NCBI GenBank assembly: GCA_963666275.2
Contig: CAXXOA010000002.1
Location: 1,120,001-1,184,000, forward strand
Length of the DNA stretch: 64,000 bases
Direction: 5' to 3'
Source of the DNA: Oceanispirochaeta sp.
Lineage (GTDB): Bacteria > Spirochaetota > Spirochaetia > DSM-2461
Both the position numbers and the translations under genes were made by a program. The notes under the pieces are model-generated. The model had not been told where the DNA came from. It was given only the letters and a program-made list of their open reading frames with translations, and ran no database searches. Position 1 is the first letter of the stretch, and every line of letters begins with the position of its first letter. Of this stretch, positions 10,270 to 20,047 are shown in pieces.

Positions 10270-11286
10270 TCAGAGCCGTCTGTTTTTTTTCATCTTTTTG
10301 TTTCTGTACATCCTCTTATCCGCCAGGTGCAGCATCTCCTCTATACTCCGGAATCCCTCTTTGAGCAGGGCGTAGCCGATGCTGATACTCAGTGGAATCT
10401 CTCTCTCTTCGAAGAGAAACCGGGCCGTCACGGAGTCCTGTATCCTTCCTGTCAGCCGTTCCACACCTTCCCTGTTGTCTATGGAACGGAATATCACTCC
10501 GAATTCATCGCCTCCAAGACGGGAAAAAATGTCGTTTTCCCGGAGGACTTTCTTTATTCTGGAGGCTGTTTCGATAATGGAGGCGTCTCCGTAGCTGTGG
10601 CCCAGGGTATCATTGATTTTCTTCAGATTATCCATGTCCAGAACAAGCAGAGAGAAGGAGGCGCCGCTTGTCTGGGAGCTTATAAAATCCGATCGGAGAA
10701 CATCGTAGAAAAAACTTCTGTTTTTCACACCAGTCATCCTGTCTGTGGTAGACGCGATATAAAGGGCGTTCTTTCCCAGCTTTTCGGCAGTAACAATCGC
10801 AGCGCTGATGATATCGGAAAGCATGTTGAGGATTTTGGCATCCAGCATGGTAAAGCAGTTATTCCTGCTGGAAAGGACTTTCAGGACTCCCACGGGGCTG
10901 TTGTGATACAGCAGGGGAACAACTATCATGGATCTCAAACCCACGCGCCGGCAGGCTTCCCTGTCGACCCTTTCATCGCTTTCCGAATCCCGGCAGAGTA
11001 TGGGTCTGTTTTCGGTGACGCACAAACCGGAGAGGCTGCTCTCCAGGGGGATCCTCAGGCCCAGCATTTTTTCGGCCACCCCCGATGTCGCTCTGTAGAC
11101 AAGGACATTATCCTCTTTTAATTCAACCACAGCCCCCTCGGCTTTTATCAGCGCCTGGGAGCTCTGTGCAACCAGGAAAATGATCCTATCCAGATCAAGT
11201 CCGGCCTGGACCACCTCGTTCTGGATGCTGATAATGTCCAGGAGTATGGATTTATCAATCTCCTGAAAATCTTCTTTCCGGTTCAT
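10270..11286 (-). CDS. GAF-GGDEF diguanylate cyclase
   Basis: N-terminal GAF; DMDNLKKINDTLGH; intact RLGGDEF. Confidence 0.93.
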   Translation of the reverse strand: MNRKEDFQEIDKSILLDIISIQNEVVQAGLDLDRIIFLVAQSSQALIKAEGAVVELKEDNVLVYRATSGVAEKMLGLRIPLESSLSGLCVTENRPILCRDSESDERVDREACRRVGLRSMIVVPLLYHNSPVGVLKVLSSRNNCFTMLDAKILNMLSDIISAAIVTAEKLGKNALYIASTTDRMTGVKNRSFFYDVLRSDFISSQTSGASFSLLVLDMDNLKKINDTLGHSYGDASIIETASRIKKVLRENDIFSRLGGDEFGVIFRSIDNREGVERLTGRIQDSVTARFLFEEREIPLSISIGYALLKEGFRSIEEMLHLADKRMYRNKKMKKNRRL

Positions 11287-11399
11287 TCTCTACCACTTGT
11301 CTTTCTTTGCCCAAAGATCCTCATCGCTGCAGATTTCCTCTCTTGAATTATAGTCGTTTCCGGGGAATTCTGCGAATCCCTTTCCTTCCCGGAGGAGAG

Positions 11400-12032
11400 T
11401 CAGTCTGCCGGAAAGACAAGCCTGAGGACAAACTGGATAAACTTTTCAATGGGAATGATATCCAGCCCTGTATTCCTTTCCAGAAGGATGATGGCCAGCA
11501 GGGCAAGGGATCCGTATCTGTAGAGTTTTTCCTCCAGAGCCTTATTTATCCTGATGCTCGTAAAGAGGATATGACTGCCGTCCAGGGGAGGGATGGGGAT
11601 CATATTGAAGATGAACAGGCTCAGATTGATAATCCCCGTATAGAGAAGGAAGTTGAATACCCTGTAGAAGAGCCGCCCTTCCGGAATGACCCCGGTCGCA
11701 AGAAGGAGTTTAATTATCAGAAGGAAGAGTATTCCAGTCACAAGGTTGGAAAGAGGGCCGGCAGCGGCGATGATCATCCTGTCCCGGTCGGGGTTTTTCA
11801 GGTTCTCCGGATGGAACTGCACCGGTTTGGCCCAGCCGAATCCGGCAACCAGCAGGACCAGCATTCCCAGAGGATCAATATGCTTCAAGGGATTCAGTGT
11901 GATCCTGCCTCCCTCTTTTGCTGTGGGATCTCCCAGAAGAAAGGCTGCATAGGCATGACAGAACTCATGGATGGTCAGGGCAATAATGACCCCGGGCAGC
12001 AAGGTAAAAATGGTATTTAGATTCAGGCCCAT
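11400..12032 (-). CDS. Site-2 protease (M50)
   Basis: HEFCH, AAAGPLSN, NMIPIPPLDG. Confidence 0.92.
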   Translation of the reverse strand: MGLNLNTIFTLLPGVIIALTIHEFCHAYAAFLLGDPTAKEGGRITLNPLKHIDPLGMLVLLVAGFGWAKPVQFHPENLKNPDRDRMIIAAAGPLSNLVTGILFLLIIKLLLATGVIPEGRLFYRVFNFLLYTGIINLSLFIFNMIPIPPLDGSHILFTSIRINKALEEKLYRYGSLALLAIILLERNTGLDIIPIEKFIQFVLRLVFPAD

Positions 12033-12059
12033 AGGACTCCTTGTTAAGTGAAAACCGGA

Positions 12060-12578
12060 TCAGGCAAAAACAATTTTGCCTTTGTTCTCTCTTTCCGTTT
12101 TGCCTTTGACTGCGGCATACCCCAGAGCGGCGCAGCCGTATACCCTGTGGTTTTCGGGAACACCCAGGTCGCTGAGAACAGTCCGTACCTCCGGATTGTC
12201 TGAAATATCCTGAAGCTGGTTGATCCATACCGAACCTACTTCCAGTGAATGCGCCGCCAGGAAGATATTCTGCAGAACCACAGAGCTGTCAAAGGGGCCG
12301 TGGACATAGTCGGAAGGAGTGGACACCAGTACAAGGGTGGGAGCATTGTAGAATTTATGATAATCCGGGTTTCCTATGGCCCGGGCTACAGTTTTGTGAA
12401 GGTCTGTGAGTTTTTCCTCTCCCTGAACTACTGTGAGCTGCCAGTTCTGGGTGTTTCTGGCACTGGGGGCATCCAGGCCGGCTTCCAGTATCTTCTCCAG
12501 ATCCTGTCTTTCCACCTGACTGTCTTTGAATTTTCTTATACTGCGCCGTGTTTTTATATTTGTCAGAACGTCGTTCAT
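12060..12578 (-). CDS. Nitroreductase family protein
   Basis: RRSIRKF, APSARNTQNW, LAAHSLEVGSVW. Confidence 0.9.
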   Translation of the reverse strand: MNDVLTNIKTRRSIRKFKDSQVERQDLEKILEAGLDAPSARNTQNWQLTVVQGEEKLTDLHKTVARAIGNPDYHKFYNAPTLVLVSTPSDYVHGPFDSSVVLQNIFLAAHSLEVGSVWINQLQDISDNPEVRTVLSDLGVPENHRVYGCAALGYAAVKGKTERENKGKIVFA

Positions 12579-12699
12579 GTCCGCCTCCGGAATTGTTTTC
12601 TCCGATTATATTGTTCTGAAGGGAATGGTGAAACCCCTGGCGGAAAAGAGGTTCCCGGAAATATTTTTTTGTCTGGTTTTTTATAACTCAGTATGGGTC

Positions 12700-13710
12700 T
12701 CAGGACAGAAGAATCTTTATAAATTCCTCTGTTGAAAGATTCTTGAAATAGTAATCCATATCCAGACCCTTCAGGGCTTCCGCAAGAGCATCTTCTCTGA
12801 GGGCGGTTCCTTCCAGGGCGTCTTCCAGCGGGGAGATATCATCAGCCCCGAAGTAGTCTCCCCGGACGGCGAAGTCGGTCAGAACTCCCTTTTTTATCTC
12901 CAGGAATACCTGGATTTTTCCGCAGCCCTCAACCCGCCGTTCTTTGCGGATGCTGTGGGCGGGGGAGCGTCCGAAGTTCCATTCCCAGCTTTCATACCGG
13001 GCCTGGAGCTCTCTGATACCCTCTCTGTCGTCTTCTGTCAGGGTATAGGATTTGAGACTATGCTCTCTGGTCATAAACTCACGGAGAACCTCCAGAAACC
13101 GGGATGTTTCCATATCTTCCGTCAGGTAGGGTCTGATATTGGTAACCCGGCTTCTGACCGATTTTACCCCTTTGGACTCAATTTTATCTTTAGATACTTT
13201 CAGGGCTTTTGAAACAATAGACAGATCCGAATCAAAGAGGAGGGTTCCGTGGTGCATCACCCGGTTGGCCCGGACGTACTGGGCATTGCCTGAAAATTTC
13301 CTGCCGTCGATTAAAATATCGTTCCGGCCGCTGATTTCTGCATCCACATTCAGGTGTTTCAGGGATTTCACAACGGGAACGCAGAAAGCCGCCAGATCCA
13401 CTTTGGCGTTTTTAGGAGCATTCCGGATAAATGTGTAGTTCAGGTTCCCCAGGTCGTGATAGACCGCCCCTCCGCCGGAGAGGCGGCGGACCACTTTGAC
13501 TCCCTGCTCTTCCGTGTAGGGAACATTGACCTCTTCTATGGTGTTCTGGTTCTTTCCGACGATCACGGCGTTGTCATTCTGCCAGAGCATAAAGTATTCA
13601 TTCTCCCGGGGGAGCTTTGTAAATACATACTCCTCCAGAGCCAGATTGTAATGGGGGTTCGTGCTGTCGCTTTCTATATAGAGCATGGGCATGGTTTTTA
13701 CCTCTTTCAA
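12700..13710 (-). CDS. lplA: Lipoate-protein ligase A
   Basis: RRLSGGGAVYHD, KFSGNAQ, HHGTLLF, SVRSRVTN. Confidence 0.93.
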   Translation of the reverse strand: MKEVKTMPMLYIESDSTNPHYNLALEEYVFTKLPRENEYFMLWQNDNAVIVGKNQNTIEEVNVPYTEEQGVKVVRRLSGGGAVYHDLGNLNYTFIRNAPKNAKVDLAAFCVPVVKSLKHLNVDAEISGRNDILIDGRKFSGNAQYVRANRVMHHGTLLFDSDLSIVSKALKVSKDKIESKGVKSVRSRVTNIRPYLTEDMETSRFLEVLREFMTREHSLKSYTLTEDDREGIRELQARYESWEWNFGRSPAHSIRKERRVEGCGKIQVFLEIKKGVLTDFAVRGDYFGADDISPLEDALEGTALREDALAEALKGLDMDYYFKNLSTEEFIKILLS

Positions 13711-13778
13711 ATCTACAGTTGGTCTATATCATAGTTCAAAACTCAGGTTTCGGCAAAGAGCCGGGACCCGAGTCTTTT

Positions 13779-14708
13779 TTATCCCGCACACTTCTCGTAG
13801 AAATCCCGGTAGCAGATCCTCTCCTCTGAACTGACCGCAGCCATGGCTTCCCGGGGGTGCTGGTTGAGCAGGCCCGAAACGCCGTAGGGAATCCGGTAGC
13901 CCCACTTGTAGCGTCCCATCAGGGGTTCAATGTAGCCCTGAATGGCATTGACCACAGAGGCTATATTGCTCTTTGCCGGGTCTATCAGGGGGAGCAGCAG
14001 CTCCAGAGGCGTATTGCCGGCCCCCCGGCCCATTCCGTAGTAGGAGGCGTCAATATACTCAGCTCCCGCATCCATAGCCGCCAGGCTGTTGGCCAGGGCC
14101 ATCTGAATATTGTTATGGCCGTGGAATCCCAGCTTCATATCCGGGCAGTTTTCCCTGTATGTTTCCAGGCGGCTTCGGATGTCATGAGGAAGAAAAGAGC
14201 CGAAGGAATCGGCCAGGTAAACACCCTCGGCTGTGGTACCGTTGACCCTGTTCAGGCACTGGCGCACCACTTCGGGATCGCTGGCAGACACAGCCATGAT
14301 GTTGAAGAAGGTTGTGTATCCCAGCTGATGCAGATAGTCCGAGAGTTCTATGGCTTCATCAATCTGATGAACATAGCAGGCCAGTCGGACCATGTCGATC
14401 ACAGAGTCTTCGGCAGGGATAAAATCCTCTTTGAAGCAGCGTCCGATATCTGCCATGACAGCAATTTTCATGAATCCCGGCTTTGCTGTGATCACCTTTC
14501 TCAGATCTTCCTCCCGGCAGAAACGCCAGGGGCCGTGGTCTGCAGGGGAAAAGACTTTCGGGCTGACCCTGTAGCCCATCTCCATCACATCCACACCCGC
14601 TTCCAGATTGGCCTGATACACGGCTCTGACGGCCTCCAGGGAAAACTCCCAGTTGTTCATGAGCCCCCCGTCCCGGATTGTACAGTCAATTACCTGAACC
14701 TTCTTCAT
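13779..14708 (-). CDS. DRE-TIM metallolyase / HMGL-like aldolase catalytic-domain protein
   Basis: DCTIRDGG, YLADSFG, GFHGHNN, GMGRGAGN. Confidence 0.88.
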   Translation of the reverse strand: MKKVQVIDCTIRDGGLMNNWEFSLEAVRAVYQANLEAGVDVMEMGYRVSPKVFSPADHGPWRFCREEDLRKVITAKPGFMKIAVMADIGRCFKEDFIPAEDSVIDMVRLACYVHQIDEAIELSDYLHQLGYTTFFNIMAVSASDPEVVRQCLNRVNGTTAEGVYLADSFGSFLPHDIRSRLETYRENCPDMKLGFHGHNNIQMALANSLAAMDAGAEYIDASYYGMGRGAGNTPLELLLPLIDPAKSNIASVVNAIQGYIEPLMGRYKWGYRIPYGVSGLLNQHPREAMAAVSSEERICYRDFYEKCAG

Positions 14709-14807
14709 CTCTTTTCCTCCCCAGGTCAGTTTCGGATTTTCCTTTTTCCTCCCTTCTCCAGGGAGGATTCACCCTCTCCTGCAGGAGGCCGTAAAAGAAA
14801 AAGAGCC

Positions 14808-14850
14808 AAAAAAAAGACCCGGGATTCAGCAGAACTGCTTCCCGGGTCTT
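14808..14850 (-). terminator. Attenuator intrinsic terminator upstream of the aldolase
   Basis: Minus strand AAGACCCGGGA...TCCCGGGTC followed by T8. Confidence 0.85.
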
Positions 14851-14870
14851 CATAACCTTTCTTACTCTGG

Positions 14871-14972
14871 TTATCGCTTCTTTTTAAGCGTTACAAGACC
14901 CGGGCGTCTAAAATAAAAATAGAAACCGAAAAAAGAGAAAAAGAAATTTTCTGCCCAAGTCTTGTTATTCAT
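14871..14972 (-). CDS. Phe-rich attenuator leader peptide MNNKTWAENFFFSFFGFYFYFRRPGLVTLKKKR (33 aa)
   Basis: Translated by hand; 8 Phe, 2 Tyr, 1 Trp; overlaps antiterminator segment 14895-14904; TTGACA at 15012-15007. Confidence 0.8.
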   Translation of the reverse strand: MNNKTWAENFFFSFFGFYFYFRRPGLVTLKKKR

Positions 14973-15099
14973 TTGTTTTACTACTCTATAGCAGGGAACG
15001 GATCTGTGTCAATCAATGATTCCGGTATTTCTTCCAGCGTCCCTTTTACAATTCTGAATCCAGGGGTTCCTGATTCCTGAAAATTCCCAAAGGGGGGCG

Positions 15100-17127
15100 C
15101 TAGATGCTTTTTCTTACCATTTTCTCAAGATCCCCGGGAATCGGTTCATGCATGATCTCTTTCCAGGCTTTAAGAAGCTGTTTGGGTTTGATCGTGTAGG
15201 GCTGAACTGCAATGTATTTGTATGTATCATTGCTTACAAGGGATTTTGCCACAGCCAGAGCGGTGGCCTGTCCCTGTTCGTAGGGCTTCTGGGTACTGAG
15301 GCCCATAATCATCTGTTTTCTTGCCATATAGGAAGCAACGGCATAGTCCAGGTCGCAGGTGAAAATGGAAATATCCGTCCTGTTCATTTCCTCCAGAGCT
15401 TTGATAGCCGAGAGGGCAGGCTGATCCCAGGATATATAGAGGGCTTCGATTTCAGGGTGGCGGGTGATCAGCTTTTTGCAGACATCGTAGGTGTGTTCTA
15501 TTTTCCCGAAGGATTCTATGCCCATGATTTCAATATTGCCATAGCTCTCCCGGATGACTCTTTCCGCCGAAGAGTCTCTGAGATGGGTTCCGTAAAACTG
15601 GGTTCCGTGGATAAGGAATCCCACTTTGGGGCTGGCTTTGTGCTTCAGGTATTCTCCCAGGAGAATACCTGCATTGGTTCCGTTCTCCTTTTCATTGACA
15701 GAAACACAGGATACATAATCATCTTTTGCGAGTCCTTCGGGGATATTACTCATAAAAACAAGTTTTGTAGACTTTGCCAGTTCCTTGAATTTCTCCGCTG
15801 TGTATTTATCATCTGTCGGAATCGCAATCAGAGCATCCGGTTTCTGCATCTGTATCGCTTCCAGCTGGGTTAGCTGAAGGGCCGGATCAAACTGGGCATC
15901 CATGACGGAAACCACAGAGATTCCGTAATTGCCCAATGTATTTTTTATGGCATCTTCATGCAGTCTGGTCCAGGCATTTCCCCCGTAGTGAAAGGATATG
16001 GCTACCCGGAAGTTGCCCTCCCGAAGAGTCTTTTTTTCTCTTTCCGACAGGGATATGCCGTCAGGAGCAACGGCTTTTTCTCCAAAGGGGCCCCAACCTA
16101 TCATCCTGGTGGACTTTCTGATTATCAATTCCATATCAATTTCAACATCCGATTGCTGTTCTGCATTATCAGGATCAGGCTCCGGATTCACCACTCTCTC
16201 CACAGCTTTCCGGGCAATCAGCTGGGAATTGTGGCGTAAAACAGTTATGGGCGGTGTGGACATTTCGCACCAGGTACTATCGGCAATCCCTATGATTGAC
16301 AGATCCTGGGGACACTCCTTACCAATGTTCTGAAGGGTTTTCAGGGCGCTGTAAGTAAGGTTGTTTTCGCAGGCAATGATGGCAGAGGGCTGGAATTTTT
16401 CGTAAATCATCTGAATCTGATGTTCCATCTCCTCTTCTGTACTGTTTTTTTCCAGCTGCAGGATCAGAGCTGTTCTGTAGAAAATTTTGTTGTCCTTCAG
16501 TGACTTCTTGTATCCGGAGATTTTTTCGGAGACACAGAAGGGGTTATCTTTCTGGACAAACAGGGCTATTGTCCGGTGGTTGCTGTTGATAAGGTGCTGC
16601 GTCGCGTTGTATACGGCTTTGTGGTAGGAGGAGTACACATAGGGGGTGGAAAAGTTGGCAATTTTTCTCTCAATACAGACAAAGGGAATCCGTGTTTTGG
16701 CTATTTTCTTATAGTATTTGCCATTATCACTGGCAGGGGCCAGGATGATCCCGGCCGTATTTTTATCCGCTACAATACGCTGGAGGATTATTTTCTCCTG
16801 TTCGATATTGTCGTTGGTCAAGTGAACAGACAGATGATACCCGGCCTTCACAAGGAGGGTATTCAGATGAGAGGTAATCTCTATATTCAGAGAACTGGTT
16901 AAATCGGGGATGATCAGAACAATCACAGAATCTTTTCCAACCATCAGGGACTCTGCTATGTCCTTCTGTTTGATGACATAGCCGGTGGCTTCAATCGCAT
17001 CCTGTACTTTTTTAACCAGTTCCGGTCCCACGTATCTTGTTTTATTTATTACATGAGAAACAGTGGCAATAGAAACATTCGCCTGTTCTGCCACATCTTT
17101 CACAGTAGTTTTCTTATTTCTGTTCAT
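15100..17127 (-). CDS. LacI-family regulator fused to a second sugar-binding domain
   Basis: TVKDVAEQANVSIATVSHVIN; LacI ends at LIIRKST; then ~320-aa RbsB-like domain. Confidence 0.88.
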   Translation of the reverse strand: MNRNKKTTVKDVAEQANVSIATVSHVINKTRYVGPELVKKVQDAIEATGYVIKQKDIAESLMVGKDSVIVLIIPDLTSSLNIEITSHLNTLLVKAGYHLSVHLTNDNIEQEKIILQRIVADKNTAGIILAPASDNGKYYKKIAKTRIPFVCIERKIANFSTPYVYSSYHKAVYNATQHLINSNHRTIALFVQKDNPFCVSEKISGYKKSLKDNKIFYRTALILQLEKNSTEEEMEHQIQMIYEKFQPSAIIACENNLTYSALKTLQNIGKECPQDLSIIGIADSTWCEMSTPPITVLRHNSQLIARKAVERVVNPEPDPDNAEQQSDVEIDMELIIRKSTRMIGWGPFGEKAVAPDGISLSEREKKTLREGNFRVAISFHYGGNAWTRLHEDAIKNTLGNYGISVVSVMDAQFDPALQLTQLEAIQMQKPDALIAIPTDDKYTAEKFKELAKSTKLVFMSNIPEGLAKDDYVSCVSVNEKENGTNAGILLGEYLKHKASPKVGFLIHGTQFYGTHLRDSSAERVIRESYGNIEIMGIESFGKIEHTYDVCKKLITRHPEIEALYISWDQPALSAIKALEEMNRTDISIFTCDLDYAVASYMARKQMIMGLSTQKPYEQGQATALAVAKSLVSNDTYKYIAVQPYTIKPKQLLKAWKEIMHEPIPGDLEKMVRKSI

Positions 17128-17146
17128 CTTTTCTGTCTCATTTTTA

Positions 17147-17413
17147 TTTACGTAAAAAACCTTCAGTAAGAATAGCATTTCAGTTTCTTAAGGTCAAAAT
17201 ATTACTGAAAAATCGGAAATTCGGGATTTTTACATAAAAAAATAGCTCCCACTCAGATAGCTTTTTTGAGGAATTATACAGTAGAATATAGGTGTATTCA
17301 AACATAAAACAGTGAATTTACGTAAATAATATTAAACAATCCGTTAAAATCTTAATTTTTGAATAAAAAAACTTGACAGATAGGATACTGTGGTTTAATT
17401 TTACGTAAAATTA
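17147..17413. promoter_or_regulatory. Three LacI-type operators with TTTACGTAAA core
   Basis: 17147-17156, 17316-17327, and perfect 18-bp palindrome TAATTTTACGTAAAATTA at 17396-17413 overlapping the -10 of a TTGACA (17373) promoter. Confidence 0.75.
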
Positions 17414-17500
17414 TGATTTTCTACGATGGCCTTACAACTTGATTCACTAAATTGAAAATCAAATGTTACCAACAATTCTCATCTATCAATGGAGGACAAG

Positions 17501-18460
17501 ATGAAAAGTTTTAAAATGCTCTCTCTCGCTATTCTGATGACCATGTCTATGATCTTTACTGTCTCTGCCAACGGAGCGGCCGAAGGGGAAGACGACGGAA
17601 CTCTGAAGTTCGCCTTTCTGCCCAATACACAGAACAATACTTTTCAGAGCACAATGAATGATACCTTCAGCAGCCTCAGCGAAGCTAATGGTATCTCCTA
17701 TACATGTCTGGATCCTGATTATGACCTGAACACACAGCTGAATCAGCTTTCTGATGCGGCTACACAGAAATACGACGCCGTATTTGTCATTCCCGTAGAT
17801 TCAAACGGTATTACCGCCGGTCTTTTTGAACTGAAACACGCAGGTGTTCCCGTTTTTAACGTAGACACTTCTGTTGGAAAAGATGACCTGGACCTTGTCC
17901 AGTCCGTTGTTGCAACTGACTGTTTTCAGGCAGGAACTCTTGTTGGTCAGCAGCTTGTAAATGATTTTCCTGAAGGGGGAAAAATTGCGATCCTCGATTT
18001 CCCTTCCAATGAGAGCTGTGTTGACCGTGTAAACGGTTTCCTCGAGGGAATCGGAGATAATATGAGCAGCTTTGAAATTGTTGCCCAGCAGGACGGAGCC
18101 GCCGCTCTGGATGTTTCTCTTCCCATTGCTGAAGATATAATCACAGCCTATCCCGATGTTGATGCTTTCTTCTGTATCAATGATCCTTCTGCCCTCGGTG
18201 CTGCCGCTGCTATCGAAGCTGCCAATAGAAAAGGCGATATCCGCGTTTACAGTATTGATGCTTCACCTGATGGAAAACAGGCTCTTCTGGACGGAGATTT
18301 CACAGCAGTAGCTGCTCAGGTTCCCATCGAAATTGCCAAATATGCTTTCCAGCAGGCTCTGGACTATATCGACGGAAAAGAGATTGAGTCTTCCGTGTAT
18401 CTGGATTCACACCTTGTTTCCCTGGAGGAAGCTACCAGAACCGTAAACGACTGGCAGTAA
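17501..18460 (+). CDS. Sugar ABC transporter substrate-binding protein (RbsB-like)
   Basis: Signal peptide; CINDPSALGA, YSIDAS; GGAGG RBS. Confidence 0.9.
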   Translation: MKSFKMLSLAILMTMSMIFTVSANGAAEGEDDGTLKFAFLPNTQNNTFQSTMNDTFSSLSEANGISYTCLDPDYDLNTQLNQLSDAATQKYDAVFVIPVDSNGITAGLFELKHAGVPVFNVDTSVGKDDLDLVQSVVATDCFQAGTLVGQQLVNDFPEGGKIAILDFPSNESCVDRVNGFLEGIGDNMSSFEIVAQQDGAAALDVSLPIAEDIITAYPDVDAFFCINDPSALGAAAAIEAANRKGDIRVYSIDASPDGKQALLDGDFTAVAAQVPIEIAKYAFQQALDYIDGKEIESSVYLDSHLVSLEEATRTVNDWQ

Positions 18461-18535
18461 TCTGACTTCGTCTTCTGACAGGAGAAGGGTATTCCTTCTC
18501 CTTTATTATTTTAAAATCTAAGGAGACCCGGATAA

Positions 18536-20047
18536 ATGAGTAAAATCATCCTGGAAATGAAAAATATCAAGAAGAGTTTCTCCGGTGTCCATGCATTAAG
18601 CGGTATTGATTTTTCATTGGAACAGGGAGAGGTCCATGCTCTCCTGGGCGAAAATGGAGCCGGTAAGTCCACATTGATAAAAGTACTTGGCGGGATATAT
18701 CAGCCGGACCATGGATCCATCCATATAGAAGGGGATCAGGTTAAGATTGACAAGGTTCAGACCGCAAGAGAACTGGGTATCGGGATTATCCATCAGGAGA
18801 TAGTTCTTGTTCCCTATCTTTCTGTTGCACAGAATATCTTTCTGGGCAGGGAGCCTGTGACCAGGCTCGGCACCGTTGACAGCAGTAAAATGATCAGCCG
18901 GGCTCATGAAATGATTACCGGTCTCGGATTGGATATCGATGTCCGGATCCCGGTAGAAGAGCTGACAATCGCCCAGCAGCAGATGGTAGAGATTGTCAAA
19001 GCCATCTCATTTGATGCCCGCATTCTTGTAATGGACGAACCTACTTCTTCTTTGAGTGACGAAGAGGTTGAAAAATTATTTGAGACCATTGAACGCCTGA
19101 AAAAACAGAAAGTCAGTATCATCTATATTTCACATAGAATGGAAGAACTGTTCAGGATCTCCCACAGGATCACTGTCATCAGAGACGGCGCCTATGTGGG
19201 AACCTGTAAAACGGCTGAAACAAATGTATCCGAACTCGTATCTATGATGGTAGGACGGACTCTGGATAATTTTTACGTAAGAGAATACAACGATCTTGAA
19301 AACGCAGAAACTGTTCTGAAAGTGGAAAACCTGACTTCTGAAAATACTTTCCGTAATATCAGTTTTAAAGTACGCCGGGGAGAAGTGCTCGGTTTTGCCG
19401 GCCTTGTGGGGGCCGGAAGAAGTGAAATCATGATGAGTATATTCGGATGCAAACCCCATTGGACATCCGGAGAGGTCCTGTTGAATGGAGAACAAGTCCG
19501 TTTCAGGAATGCCCTGGAAGCTATCAATAAGGGAATCGGATTTGTCCCGGAAGACAGGAAGAAACAGGGCCTGATTCTCAATAATACAGTCGGATATAAT
19601 ATTTCAATCGCCTCTCTTAAATATATCATGTCAGGTCTGTCTATAAGCAAAAAGAAACGGACTGAAAACATTCAGAACTATATTAAAAAACTGCAGATAA
19701 AAACCTACTCTCAGGATACTTCGGTGGTGAACCTTTCCGGTGGAAATCAGCAGAAGGTTGTTCTGGCAAAATGGCTTGCCACCAAGCCAAGCCTTCTGAT
19801 CCTGGACGAACCGACAAGGGGTGTCGATGTCGGAGCCAAATACGAAATATATAACATAATCAATCAACTTGCAGCTGAGGGCATTGCGGTCATTTTTATT
19901 TCCAGTGAACTCCCCGAGATCATCAATATGTGCGATTCCGTCTGTGTTGTGAAAGAGGGAAGGATTGTAAAACAGTTGGATAAAAGTGAGCTGTCACAGG
20001 AGAGCATTATGCATCTTGCAGCTGGAGGTAAGGAGAACAATGAATAA
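18536..20047 (+). CDS. Sugar ABC transporter ATPase (RbsA/MglA-like)
   Basis: GENGAGKST, DEPTSSL, LSGGNQQKV, DEPTRGVDVGAK. Confidence 0.95.
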   Translation: MSKIILEMKNIKKSFSGVHALSGIDFSLEQGEVHALLGENGAGKSTLIKVLGGIYQPDHGSIHIEGDQVKIDKVQTARELGIGIIHQEIVLVPYLSVAQNIFLGREPVTRLGTVDSSKMISRAHEMITGLGLDIDVRIPVEELTIAQQQMVEIVKAISFDARILVMDEPTSSLSDEEVEKLFETIERLKKQKVSIIYISHRMEELFRISHRITVIRDGAYVGTCKTAETNVSELVSMMVGRTLDNFYVREYNDLENAETVLKVENLTSENTFRNISFKVRRGEVLGFAGLVGAGRSEIMMSIFGCKPHWTSGEVLLNGEQVRFRNALEAINKGIGFVPEDRKKQGLILNNTVGYNISIASLKYIMSGLSISKKKRTENIQNYIKKLQIKTYSQDTSVVNLSGGNQQKVVLAKWLATKPSLLILDEPTRGVDVGAKYEIYNIINQLAAEGIAVIFISSELPEIINMCDSVCVVKEGRIVKQLDKSELSQESIMHLAAGGKENNE

